IMG/VR virus record: IMGVR_UViG_3300037067_027684
Location: 32,001 to 96,000 of that record
Length of the DNA: 64,000 nt
Source of the DNA: a virus
Taxonomy: Duplodnaviria; Caudoviricetes
Direction: 5' to 3' (one strand)
The notes under the pieces were generated by a model. The model did no database searches. It saw only the letters and a program-made list of their open reading frames with translations, and was not told where the DNA came from. Position 1 is the first letter of the stretch. The number at the start of each line of letters is the position of its first letter. Positions 9,554-18,965 of the stretch are shown in pieces. The position numbers and the translations under genes are program-made.

Positions 9554-9929
9554 CCATTCTGTTTTCAGAATGTAACCCAGCAATGCAAGCTTTGAGATTA
9601 TAGATTTCTGGATCACACATCCAAAGTCGAGTGACATTTTCTGGCATTTCGGCGAGGTTCTCTGGGGAGTCGTCAATCATGACATCGAGTTTGAGTTCTT
9701 TGGCAAGTCGCCCTTTCCATTTAGACATGTCTTCAGTCATGGTTGGAAGATGAAGCGTAGTATAGGTAATACCAAGAATTCTAAGCTCTTCAGCGGTTTC
9801 TTCGGGATCACCATCTCGGTAGGTGATAATGTGGACTTCATGGCCTTTGGCGATTAGTCCAGCACAGAGTATTGAGAATAACCAAGGTGCGTCTGTGATC
9901 GTATTATCAAGGTCTAGTCCGATTTTCAT
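9540..9929 (-). CDS. HAD-superfamily hydrolase (nucleotidase-like)
   Basis: IGLDLDNTIT motif I, IITYR motif II, MIDDSPEN motif IV. Confidence 0.8.
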   Translation of the reverse strand: MKIGLDLDNTITDAPWLFSILCAGLIAKGHEVHIITYRDGDPEETAEELRILGITYTTLHLPTMTEDMSKWKGRLAKELKLDVMIDDSPENLAEMPENVTRLWMCDPEIYNLKACIAGLHSENRMAKIW

Positions 9930-9994
9930 TTCTGTTCTCCTCTCTGATAAATTATATCACATAAAAATGACAAATCAATTAGGTACATAATTTT

Positions 9995-11575
9995 ATGCGG
10001 TGTTTGGAACACCTAATCGAACAAATAATCAAAAAACCAGAGAAATTGGTTGTATCTGATTCTTGTAGGGTTTTGATTAAGTGTAAGAATTGTGATAAAA
10101 TCAATAATGTTGGAACAAGGAATCTTAAACGAAAGTGGGGAGATGGACCATATCTTTGTAAATCATGTCACATTAAGACTTATATTGATAATCCAGAAAG
10201 ATTGAAGAAATTTCAGAAATCATTAGGAGAGGCTTTACAAAAACCTGAAGTTAGAAAGAAACTATCTAATAATGGTAAATTAGCATGGTCCAACCCAGAG
10301 ACATCAAAAAGAATTAAAGAAGCAATCTCAGAAGGTCATCGTAGTAATCCTAAAATGATTGCCGCTCGTGATAGGGCACACAAAGCTTGGATGCAGAAAT
10401 ATGGAATAGATAAGATGTTGGCGATGGCTGATCTAGGACATGAAGCAATCAAACAAAAATGTGTGCAGAGCCAAGATTTCAGGAATTTATTAGGTAAGAA
10501 CTTTCATATTGACGACCCAATGGTTATGGAGAAAGTTAGGAAATCTCCAGCATTTCTTACTAAGGAAAAATGGCAAGATCCAGATTTTCGTAAGAGAATG
10601 GCCAACATTATAACTAACCAACCAAGAGTAAGTGGCATACAACGTAAATTATATGAAATTTTAGACGATTTGGGGGTTAATTATCAAAAAGACACCCAAA
10701 TTGGTTTTTATTCTGTTGATTGTGTAATTCCCAAACAAAAAGAGATGGCTAAATCAATTATAATAGAAGTACAGGGTGATTATTGGCATAATATCCCAGC
10801 AACTATTCAAAAAGATAAGACTAAATCAGAATATCTGATGAAATATTATTCTGAATATGATCTTAAATATCTCTGGGAACATGAATTTAGAAACGAAAGT
10901 AGAATTAGAGAATTATTGAAATATTGGATTAACGGTGAGTCAGAGTTAATTGCTTTTGATGTTAACAATGTGGTTGAGCGAGTGGTTAACAGACATTTGG
11001 CTGAGGAGTTTGTCGGAAAATATCACTATGCTGGTCGTCTGGGCACTAGCCAATTAATGCTTGGCTATTATCTTAAAGAAGAACTAATATCAGTTATAGT
11101 TTATGGTTATCCAGTAAGACAAGAGACAGCAACACGGTTAGGTGTTGAACCACATCAAGTTCTTGAATTAAATAGGTTGGCTATCTCGCCTAAATATCAA
11201 ATCAAAAATTTAGCGAGTTATGTGATTGGTAAGTCAATTAGACATTTAAAACATAATCGTAAAGACATAATTATATTAGTATCGTTTTCTGACACAACAC
11301 ATAATCACATAGGCACCATTTATAAAGCTAGTAATTGGAAGTTTGATGGAACGATTGACGCAGATTATTGGTATAAAGATCAAGATGGATTTGTTTATCA
11401 TAAGAAAACTGTGTGGAACAAAGCTAAAGCAAATAATTTGACAGAAGTACAATACTCTGAGAAGACGAATTTGATCAAAATTTGGGGTAAACCAAAACAT
11501 AGATTTGTCTATGTCTTAGACAAATTAAAAGTCAAAATTACAAATGTACTGGGAGACACAAGATGCCTACCATAG
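9995..11575 (+). CDS. Fusion of NUMOD-like repeats, Vsr/DUF559-like endonuclease and Mom-like GNAT domain
   Basis: YSVDC..IEVQGDYWH..KD..YLWEHE nuclease motif; KYHY..ELNRLAI..VSFSD..HIGTIYKASNW Mom-like motif. Confidence 0.7.
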   Translation: MRCLEHLIEQIIKKPEKLVVSDSCRVLIKCKNCDKINNVGTRNLKRKWGDGPYLCKSCHIKTYIDNPERLKKFQKSLGEALQKPEVRKKLSNNGKLAWSNPETSKRIKEAISEGHRSNPKMIAARDRAHKAWMQKYGIDKMLAMADLGHEAIKQKCVQSQDFRNLLGKNFHIDDPMVMEKVRKSPAFLTKEKWQDPDFRKRMANIITNQPRVSGIQRKLYEILDDLGVNYQKDTQIGFYSVDCVIPKQKEMAKSIIIEVQGDYWHNIPATIQKDKTKSEYLMKYYSEYDLKYLWEHEFRNESRIRELLKYWINGESELIAFDVNNVVERVVNRHLAEEFVGKYHYAGRLGTSQLMLGYYLKEELISVIVYGYPVRQETATRLGVEPHQVLELNRLAISPKYQIKNLASYVIGKSIRHLKHNRKDIIILVSFSDTTHNHIGTIYKASNWKFDGTIDADYWYKDQDGFVYHKKTVWNKAKANNLTEVQYSEKTNLIKIWGKPKHRFVYVLDKLKVKITNVLGDTRCLP

Positions 11576-13326
11576 ATCCTGCTCTAATTCCTAGTGTCAG
11601 CGCTGGGAATCTCTTTAGAACTTTTACTGAAGACACAACTCTCAACATACGCTGGATATCCCCCACCGAGCCGGTACTCTATGAGGTCGCAAATCGCCCA
11701 TCAGTTGATGTTGTAGTTCGCCAATTGATTTTGGCCAAAGCTGTTGATGCTATGGATTTGCGTCTGAGCCATCAATCACTATTCCCATTCCTTATTCCCT
11801 GCAAAGTCCAGGTCGCCACCCACGAGATTGAGACTCCTCCATCTTGGATTTGGGACATGCACGTCTCCCTCCCATCCAAATGGGAATCATTGAGACTTGC
11901 TAAGATCAAGAGGATTAGTGGCACAAATCCATCTACTGGCAGCACTGGGTCTACTTTCACTGGTACTTTACGATTGATTTTTACCGCCCAACAGCAGAAT
12001 TCCACAATTGAAGTTGCGATGTTCTTCGTTGATTATAAGATTGACAGTCTCTTTACTTATCAAATTTTACGCTTACAGCCTTGCACGTCAACTGAAGAAG
12101 CCAACCCAATTGATCCAAGCGAAGCGGCTACGATTAATGGTTTCGTGACCTTTAGGACTCTAGACCCAGTGACCGATACGGTCGCTGAAGATTTCCTGAC
12201 TGAATTGGCTCCTCCTTCTGCTCCGACTGACAGTAATAGTGATGGTATCTTTGATAATCCTGCTGTTTATGAAATTGTGAGTACTCCTGCTGGTGGTGCC
12301 ACTGCTAGTGATGATTTTATTTCTACTAGTTTGTCACACGGTACTGGTATTACTGTTAACAGTGCTTGGAATGCTATTCCTCCGCAGGATTCTGATGTCA
12401 ATACTTTCCTGCGTTCTATGAATTATCCATTCCGTGTTGGTGCTACTAGGGGTTCGGCTCAGGGTATTACTATTCCACAAGCTCTATTCCGTGAATTCCA
12501 AATGATTGCTCCTACTCCTGACGAGGCTACTGGTGACGTGTCGTTGCAGAATTCCCCTGTGTGGGTTAGTTCTATTGAGCGTTTGGATACTCTGGCTGCT
12601 CAGTTGAAGTTTACTTTCTCGACTTATACGATTGTTGATGAGACTATTAACCCTGTTCAGGTTGAGTTTACTACTCTTACTTTAGATAGGACAATGGCTG
12701 CTGGTCAAATTGTTAATTTCACACCGATTTCGAATTTACTTCGCGCTTCGGGTGCTGATGCTGCGATGTTTATGCAGGGGTTTGGTACTGGTCACGTTGT
12801 TCTGAGTAGTTTGTGGGGTACTACTGGTGAAGAGGTCAACGATTTCTTTGATGCTTTCTTGAGTATTGTTGCTACCCCTGCTGTGACTACTTTCTCTAAG
12901 GATGCGTCAATTATTTCTTCATTTGGTCTGAGTCGCAACTCTCGCTATCTGCCAACGCGTGGTCAGGCTCAGGCTCTACGTGGCACTACTGAGCGTTTGG
13001 CTGTTCCTATTAATCCGACTGATAATAATAGGTTCGTTGTCGAGCAGGATCAGGGTGTTGGTAATATTGTTGACTTCAGGACGTTGCCTGGTTTCCCTGA
13101 TGCTTTGAGGGAAAATGCTGATATTGAGCCTGTTGCTTATTCTGGTGCTTTGTGTCATAGAGTTGTGAAATTGGTCATTGATTCCAGTGGTACTGCCCAT
13201 GATTATGATAGAGATATTCTGCCAAGGTTACGTTGTTTGTTTGGTAGGGACCCGATATTTGGGGATCAATTCTGGGATGGTACGGTGATGAAGTTCTATT
13301 CGGGTGACGCTTGGATTCAGTTCTAA
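11563..13326 (+). CDS. Putative virion structural protein
   Basis: 587 aa, Thr/Ser/Pro-rich; C-terminal GDQFWDGT..YSGDAW motif. Confidence 0.55.
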   Translation: MPTIDPALIPSVSAGNLFRTFTEDTTLNIRWISPTEPVLYEVANRPSVDVVVRQLILAKAVDAMDLRLSHQSLFPFLIPCKVQVATHEIETPPSWIWDMHVSLPSKWESLRLAKIKRISGTNPSTGSTGSTFTGTLRLIFTAQQQNSTIEVAMFFVDYKIDSLFTYQILRLQPCTSTEEANPIDPSEAATINGFVTFRTLDPVTDTVAEDFLTELAPPSAPTDSNSDGIFDNPAVYEIVSTPAGGATASDDFISTSLSHGTGITVNSAWNAIPPQDSDVNTFLRSMNYPFRVGATRGSAQGITIPQALFREFQMIAPTPDEATGDVSLQNSPVWVSSIERLDTLAAQLKFTFSTYTIVDETINPVQVEFTTLTLDRTMAAGQIVNFTPISNLLRASGADAAMFMQGFGTGHVVLSSLWGTTGEEVNDFFDAFLSIVATPAVTTFSKDASIISSFGLSRNSRYLPTRGQAQALRGTTERLAVPINPTDNNRFVVEQDQGVGNIVDFRTLPGFPDALRENADIEPVAYSGALCHRVVKLVIDSSGTAHDYDRDILPRLRCLFGRDPIFGDQFWDGTVMKFYSGDAWIQF

Positions 13327-13352
13327 GTATTTGATATCAAAAGGAGATTTAG

Positions 13353-13715
13353 ATGATCACTAGAATTGATTCTTATATCAATGATAAGGGTATGACTATT
13401 GAGGATCATGTTATTGTTGATCCTCCCGATAGTACGACCAAGAATTTTATTGGCCGTGCGTTGATTGCGGTTCGTAATGAGGCTGGTCAGGTTGTTGGGC
13501 AACGTGAGATTGAGTTTTCTATTAAAGCTGATGACATTAAGGGTGCTTTTGCTGCTTTTGAGGATGCGGCTAAGGCTGAGATGGATAAGGTTAGGCAGGA
13601 AGCTCGTGAGAAAGCTATGGGTAGGATTGGTGCGGAGCATAAGAAGGAAATGAATAAGATTGCTATTGCTACTCAAATGCCTGAGAGTGGGAGCAAAATT
13701 TTGCGTATCCCGTAA
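13353..13715 (+). CDS. Hypothetical protein
   Basis: AAGGAG SD; GTATTTGA motif at 13327. Confidence 0.65.
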   Translation: MITRIDSYINDKGMTIEDHVIVDPPDSTTKNFIGRALIAVRNEAGQVVGQREIEFSIKADDIKGAFAAFEDAAKAEMDKVRQEAREKAMGRIGAEHKKEMNKIAIATQMPESGSKILRIP

Positions 13716-13731
13716 GGAGATAACAGCTTTT

Positions 13732-13905
13732 ATGGGTAATGAGCCAAAGGTGCTTAGGTGTGCTTGTGGCAAGTATTATGTGGATGGTGTGGGGTGTTCT
13801 GATTGTCGTTATAATATGCGGTATTTGAGCCATAAACTTAAGAAGGAGAGCAGGAGGAATAAGCGTATTGGTTCTTCTTTTATTATGAGGTGGATTTTCA
13901 ATTGA
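13732..13905 (+). CDS. Small Cys-containing basic protein
   Basis: AAGGAG SD; CACG..CSDC. Confidence 0.45.
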   Translation: MGNEPKVLRCACGKYYVDGVGCSDCRYNMRYLSHKLKKESRRNKRIGSSFIMRWIFN

Positions 13906-14195
13906 GTACTTGTGCGTATTCTACCACTATTATTCGTTATTCTTATACTGACACTACAACTTCTAATTCTGAAAATGTTACGCATTGTCCGCAAGTTGTT
14001 TATATTAGGGGATCACCAGGATGTGTTGGTGCGATGGGGTCACCAGGACCTAAAGAGGAACGCCCAAAATATATCCCTCCGAAGGGTGATTTTGTTTTTG
14101 TTGAGAAACCTTTTAAATCACAGTTGTCTAATAGGCCGCAACGTTTTAATAGGTGGTTGGCGCTTCTTCAGACGAATAATTCTAGACATAATTAA
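13890..14195 (+). CDS. Hypothetical protein
   Basis: Fills gap between neighbours; short GSPG..GSPGP segment. Confidence 0.4.
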   Translation: MDFQLSTCAYSTTIIRYSYTDTTTSNSENVTHCPQVVYIRGSPGCVGAMGSPGPKEERPKYIPPKGDFVFVEKPFKSQLSNRPQRFNRWLALLQTNNSRHN

Positions 14196-14196
14196 T

Positions 14197-14463
14197 ATGA
14201 TATTTTATCATGGAACTAATAGATTTGGCTGGGATGAAACTCAGAGGCAGGGTTTTCTTTTACATAAGAGAGCAACTGATGAATTTCCAAATATGTCACC
14301 TTGCGTTTATTTGGCTGTGAATCGAGAGGATGCGGAGAAATATGGTGACATAGTTTTAGAGGTTGAATATGACCCTTATGTTAATAAGGATAAGAACAAT
14401 TATGTTGAGGGGTGTTGGCAGGTGAGAGTTTATGAGCCGATATATAATTATTTTATTGTTTAA
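14197..14463 (+). CDS. Small ADP-ribosyltransferase-fold protein
   Basis: MIFYHGT..GF..VYLA..AEKYG..VLEV pattern of HYE-clade ART-like domains; start reassigned to ATG 14197. Confidence 0.6.
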   Translation: MIFYHGTNRFGWDETQRQGFLLHKRATDEFPNMSPCVYLAVNREDAEKYGDIVLEVEYDPYVNKDKNNYVEGCWQVRVYEPIYNYFIV

Positions 14464-14497
14464 TTGGGATCTTAGAATCCAAACATCTGTACAACTA

Positions 14498-14539
14498 ATT
14501 TATTTCCCGCCTCTGAATGATATTCCTTATTCAGAGGCG
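14498..14539 (+). promoter_or_regulatory. cas3 5'-UTR hairpin sequestering the SD, with adjacent anti-repeat-like motif
   Basis: CGCCTCTGAAT (14508-18)/ATTCAGAGGCG (14529-39); GAGG lies 7 nt before ATG 14545. Confidence 0.7.
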
Positions 14540-14544
14540 ACATT

Positions 14545-17184
14545 ATGGATATTCGAAAATTTTGGGGAAAAGCTGATAATTCGTTATTTTGGCATCCAGC
14601 GTTATACCATATGATTGATAGTGGTATGGTTGCTAAAGTGTTGTTGAATACTTTGCCAATTAAAATGACCAAAGTACTTACTGATGTTTACACAATAGAT
14701 CAGTTGGCCTATTTTGTTTCTTTGCATGATATTGGTAAGATCACGCCAGGGTTTAATTTTAAGATTTTAGAAGGACGATCAGCCAAATCTTTTGGTTTTT
14801 TGGCGAATCTAGCCGCAGATGAAGGACAATGTGACGCTTCAGATTGTTTACTCTCAAAGGAGTGCTGTTTCTGTAAGAATACAAATAGAAAATATTCTGG
14901 AATGAGTAAAGAAAGTAAGTGGCATAATTTTGGTACCGCTAAAATTTTAAGGGATTTTGGGCAAATAAGAAAAATATTGGGAGCGCATCATGGAACCTTT
15001 TTGACTAATATTAATGATTGCAATATAGGATGTGATAGTTGGTTAATGGCGCAGAAACAGGCTATTAAAGATTTACAGGAAATTTTCATTAAAGACCAAA
15101 CTCCAGTTATCAAGACATTTCAGAATGATTTTATTATGATCTTTGCTGCTTTCGTGGCTATTGCGGATTGGATTAGTTCTAATCAAGATTATTTTAAATG
15201 TGTCAATACTGGAAAGGTCCAGACACACACAATTGAGGAATATGCCATAATATCAGAGAAAATTGCTTCAACAGCAATTGATTCTCTTAATTGGAATTTT
15301 CAACCACATGCTAAAAAGCACGATTTCATAAATTTATTCGGAGTAAAGCCCTATTCTTGGCAAAAGAAGCTTATTACTAAACTCAACAGCCAAAAGAAAC
15401 CATTTCTATTGTTAATAGAAGCACCAACTGGTTGTGGTAAAAGCGAAGCTGCAATGAGCGCTGCTGATATCGCAGAAGCTAAGTTTGGGTATCATGGAAC
15501 GTTTTTTGCTCTTCCCACGCAGGCAGCATCCAATCAGATGTATGGGCGATTTGGACTATTCTTAAAGAATAGACCTTACGGCAACAATTATAAGCCCGAT
15601 TTCCATTTACGTCACCATTTGTCCTTTATGGATCAAGAATATAGAGAAATTAAAAGAAAGACAGTAGAGGGCATATCTAGTGATGTTCTTGCGACTGAAT
15701 GGTTTACAAGATCCAAACAAGGATTGCTGTCGCCATATGCGGTCGGGACCATAGATCAAGCTATTATGGCCGGATTAATGATCAAGCATAACTTTGTAAG
15801 AATGTTTGGTCTACTCAATAAGGTTGTGGTTTTTGATGAAGTTCACTCCTATGATGTGTATTCGAGTAATATATTATATCGAATAATAGAATGGTTAAGT
15901 TATCTTGGTACTTCTGTTGTTGTTCTTTCTGCGACTCTACCGAGACAAAAAAGGAATGAATTAATTAGTTCTTATTGTGGGAAACCAATTAAGACTAGGG
16001 TTAAATATCCTCTATTTGCAGTTGCCAACGAAGATAAAGTTACTTTTAGTCACATTGATTGTCAGAGATATAGATCAATTCGTTATAAGTTTATTGATGA
16101 AAAAGATCTAATTAAGAGGGTTCAAGTACAATTAAGCAGGAATGTAAACGTAGCAGTGGTTCGAAATATTATTGGTGAGGCCCAAGATACTTTTAGATCA
16201 CTGCGAGATTCTTCTGTTGATTGCTCATTGTTTCATGCACGTTTTCCAGCTTATAGACGACGAGAAATTGAAGAGCTTGTTGTTAGGAAATACTCCAAAG
16301 ATAGTAAAAATAGACCCAATAAGTCATTGTTAGTTGCTACTGATGTGATTGGTCAGAGCGTGGATCTGGATTTTGACGTTATGTTCACGGATATAGCTCC
16401 AATCGATATTATGTTGCAGAGGTTGGGTAGGTTATGGCGGCATGATCGTAAGCGTTCGATTAGAGTTCCTACCTTATATGTCATTAGGAAGAGTAGAGAC
16501 TACGAATTTGGAAAAAGTGAAATCATTTATAGTAAATTTATTTTAGACAACACGATGAAAGTTCTTCTCGATAGGTTCAAGACTGGCCAAAACACAATCA
16601 ATAAAATCGATGACGTTGAATTACTGATAAATGGAGTGTACGATGGTAAAATTGCCTCATTAGAAGATGACCCAGAATATCAGAAATCATATGGAAAATA
16701 TCTAAATCGAATACTTGGAAGTAAAATTTTGGCGGGTGAATTTAGGATACCAAGATGTAAAATTGATAGTAATGATTTTATGGCGAGTTTTGGTGACTTT
16801 TTTGATGTTGAAGAGGGTGAATTAACTTTCCCAACTACGAGACTTAAATTGCCGTCAATTCCTATAATTTGTGTTGATTGGAAGGACGGTTCTGAGATTT
16901 CTGTTGACGGTCAAGTTATTAATATAAGTAAAGAACCAGAGTTTGAAGAAATTAAATTACTACTTACAAGATCTGTTAATATTATGATTCAGCCTTGGTT
17001 TAAGTACTTTAGTGATCAGGCTAAAATCAACGGATGGGAAGATACTATTCTTGATCGTTATAGAATTGCAGTATTCGACCAAGAGAGATATGATAACGGT
17101 GAACGATATAAGTTCTTAGTTAACGAGGATGGCGCGATGTTGAGTTTGAATAATATTTTTGGATTGGAATCGAGAAATGTATAA
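14545..17184 (+). CDS. cas3: Type I-E Cas3 HD nuclease-helicase
   Basis: WGK..HMID, LHDIGK, HHG, ADWISS; EAPTGCGKSE Walker A; FDEVH, LSAT, FHARF, QRLGRLWRH. Confidence 0.97.
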   Translation: MDIRKFWGKADNSLFWHPALYHMIDSGMVAKVLLNTLPIKMTKVLTDVYTIDQLAYFVSLHDIGKITPGFNFKILEGRSAKSFGFLANLAADEGQCDASDCLLSKECCFCKNTNRKYSGMSKESKWHNFGTAKILRDFGQIRKILGAHHGTFLTNINDCNIGCDSWLMAQKQAIKDLQEIFIKDQTPVIKTFQNDFIMIFAAFVAIADWISSNQDYFKCVNTGKVQTHTIEEYAIISEKIASTAIDSLNWNFQPHAKKHDFINLFGVKPYSWQKKLITKLNSQKKPFLLLIEAPTGCGKSEAAMSAADIAEAKFGYHGTFFALPTQAASNQMYGRFGLFLKNRPYGNNYKPDFHLRHHLSFMDQEYREIKRKTVEGISSDVLATEWFTRSKQGLLSPYAVGTIDQAIMAGLMIKHNFVRMFGLLNKVVVFDEVHSYDVYSSNILYRIIEWLSYLGTSVVVLSATLPRQKRNELISSYCGKPIKTRVKYPLFAVANEDKVTFSHIDCQRYRSIRYKFIDEKDLIKRVQVQLSRNVNVAVVRNIIGEAQDTFRSLRDSSVDCSLFHARFPAYRRREIEELVVRKYSKDSKNRPNKSLLVATDVIGQSVDLDFDVMFTDIAPIDIMLQRLGRLWRHDRKRSIRVPTLYVIRKSRDYEFGKSEIIYSKFILDNTMKVLLDRFKTGQNTINKIDDVELLINGVYDGKIASLEDDPEYQKSYGKYLNRILGSKILAGEFRIPRCKIDSNDFMASFGDFFDVEEGELTFPTTRLKLPSIPIICVDWKDGSEISVDGQVINISKEPEFEEIKLLLTRSVNIMIQPWFKYFSDQAKINGWEDTILDRYRIAVFDQERYDNGERYKFLVNEDGAMLSLNNIFGLESRNV

Positions 17185-18595
17185 TCTTTTAGAAGAAAAA
17201 TGGATTACGGTGCAGACCCAAAGGGGAGTGAATAAGGTTTCTTTAGTAGAGTTGATTGAGGATGCACATGAGATTTTAGACGTAATTGACAATCCTATAG
17301 TACGAGTTTCAATTTTGAGAGTTGCTTTGTCTATATTATATGAACAGTATCAAATTAGAACTAGTAAGCAGTGGATTAGTCTTTGGAATAAGAGTCGATT
17401 CGACCGAACTCTTTTAGATAAAAAGAAATTTGAATTGTTTGATGATAAAAAGCCATTTTATCAATCGGTTGGTGTTGTTGAACAGAAGAATGCATTTACT
17501 ATCCAGCCCCATTTGGGTGGTAATAATGTTATTTTCTTCAATGATCCACAGAAATTGCGAAGTTTGACTTATGAGGAATCAGCAAAATGGTTGATAACCC
17601 ATCAAATGTGGGCCGTTTGTATGCCGAGCAAAGGCAAATATCTGAAGAATAGTATTTTAACCGGGGGTGTTGTCTTGATTCTTGAAGGTAGTAATTTATT
17701 TGAAACTCTAATGTTGAATATGCTATGTGGTGACCATGTTGGAAACCCAATATGGAGCAGAAAAGAAAATAGTGGATTACTTGACTTGTTGACTTGGCGT
17801 TCTAGAAGCATGAGATTGATATCTGATAATGGAGTTGTTCGAAAAATTGACTATGCTGATGGTGACGAGATTCCTGAGGGTATAGATGATTCGATGCTTG
17901 TTTATGTGATGCGGAAAGGTGAAAAACAAAAATTAACTCTTAATCATGAAAAACAGCTGTGGCGAAATTGTGAGGCTCTTTTTGCAGCAGAAAATAAAGA
18001 TTGTTCGTTGGCACTGAAGCAATTTATAAATTTGTTAAACATGGATTCTGTTCTGGAAGTTACAAATGAAAGATTTAAAACTTTGGAGAAGAGATTCTCG
18101 ATTACAGCAATGATAATCACAAATACCGCGAAAGTACAACACTATGTCTACCAAACATTTCCTATTCCAGAGATGTTCTTTGATCCATCAAAGAGTGAAA
18201 GTAAGAGGGGTGAAATAGGGGCTATGTTACGGAAGGCCAATGAGCTATCTAGGATAATCCGTTTTAATTTCTTGAAGCAAATGAATATTAAAGCGAAGCG
18301 TGGTAAAAGAATTGTGATTGATGGTTACTTAATGGAATATTGGAATATGTTGGAGGTTCCCTTTATGAATTATCTTTCAGACAAACTCAATATGGAACAA
18401 TTTATTGAATTATGCTTTAGGACTACTAATAAGGTTGTTAATAAGATCGTGTCTGATTATTGGAGTGAAGATGCTTTTAAGTTCGTCAAGCTTTGTGGTT
18501 TTGGTATCAGTGCCTTGAAAGAAGGAGAAAAGGTCGATGGAACAAAATCAAGAAATGATATTTCTAAACAGGCTGAAGAGTTTAAAGAAGGATAG
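17177..18595 (+). CDS. cas8e: Cascade large subunit Cas8e (Cse1/CasA)
   Basis: MYNLLEEKWI, FELFD..PFYQ, GSNLFETL.LN, LTWRSR motifs; follows cas3. Confidence 0.9.
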   Translation: MYNLLEEKWITVQTQRGVNKVSLVELIEDAHEILDVIDNPIVRVSILRVALSILYEQYQIRTSKQWISLWNKSRFDRTLLDKKKFELFDDKKPFYQSVGVVEQKNAFTIQPHLGGNNVIFFNDPQKLRSLTYEESAKWLITHQMWAVCMPSKGKYLKNSILTGGVVLILEGSNLFETLMLNMLCGDHVGNPIWSRKENSGLLDLLTWRSRSMRLISDNGVVRKIDYADGDEIPEGIDDSMLVYVMRKGEKQKLTLNHEKQLWRNCEALFAAENKDCSLALKQFINLLNMDSVLEVTNERFKTLEKRFSITAMIITNTAKVQHYVYQTFPIPEMFFDPSKSESKRGEIGAMLRKANELSRIIRFNFLKQMNIKAKRGKRIVIDGYLMEYWNMLEVPFMNYLSDKLNMEQFIELCFRTTNKVVNKIVSDYWSEDAFKFVKLCGFGISALKEGEKVDGTKSRNDISKQAEEFKEG

Positions 18596-18965
18596 GGGTG
18601 CTTTGGCCAAGTTACGTAGAAGCGGCATTGACAGTATCTCAATATTGGCCGATGTACTTCCACGGGATTGGAAGCAAAAATGGTTTTTATTGGTGGCCGA
18701 GTGTTGGGCCGACAATACTAGAGATGGTGGTAGACTTGCTCTTGTTTGTAGAAATTTGAAAATCAACGAAAATAGGTTTAAGGTTTTGGTTTTTAGTGAT
18801 AGAGAGGAATTACCTCAGAGATTGAAGTCGATATTACGAATAATCACACAAAAGGGTTCTGGAGTTAATTGGTCTTGTTTGCTGAATGATCTGATCTATT
18901 GGGGTGAGAGCATTCAGAGAGAGTGGGCGATGGATTTTTGGACAGGAGAAAAGTCACATGAGTAA
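18537..18965 (+). CDS. cas11: Cascade small subunit Cas11 (Cse2/CasB)
   Basis: GALAKLRR..ENRF..VNWSCLLNDLIYW..WAMDFW. Confidence 0.9.
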   Translation: MEQNQEMIFLNRLKSLKKDRGALAKLRRSGIDSISILADVLPRDWKQKWFLLVAECWADNTRDGGRLALVCRNLKINENRFKVLVFSDREELPQRLKSILRIITQKGSGVNWSCLLNDLIYWGESIQREWAMDFWTGEKSHE

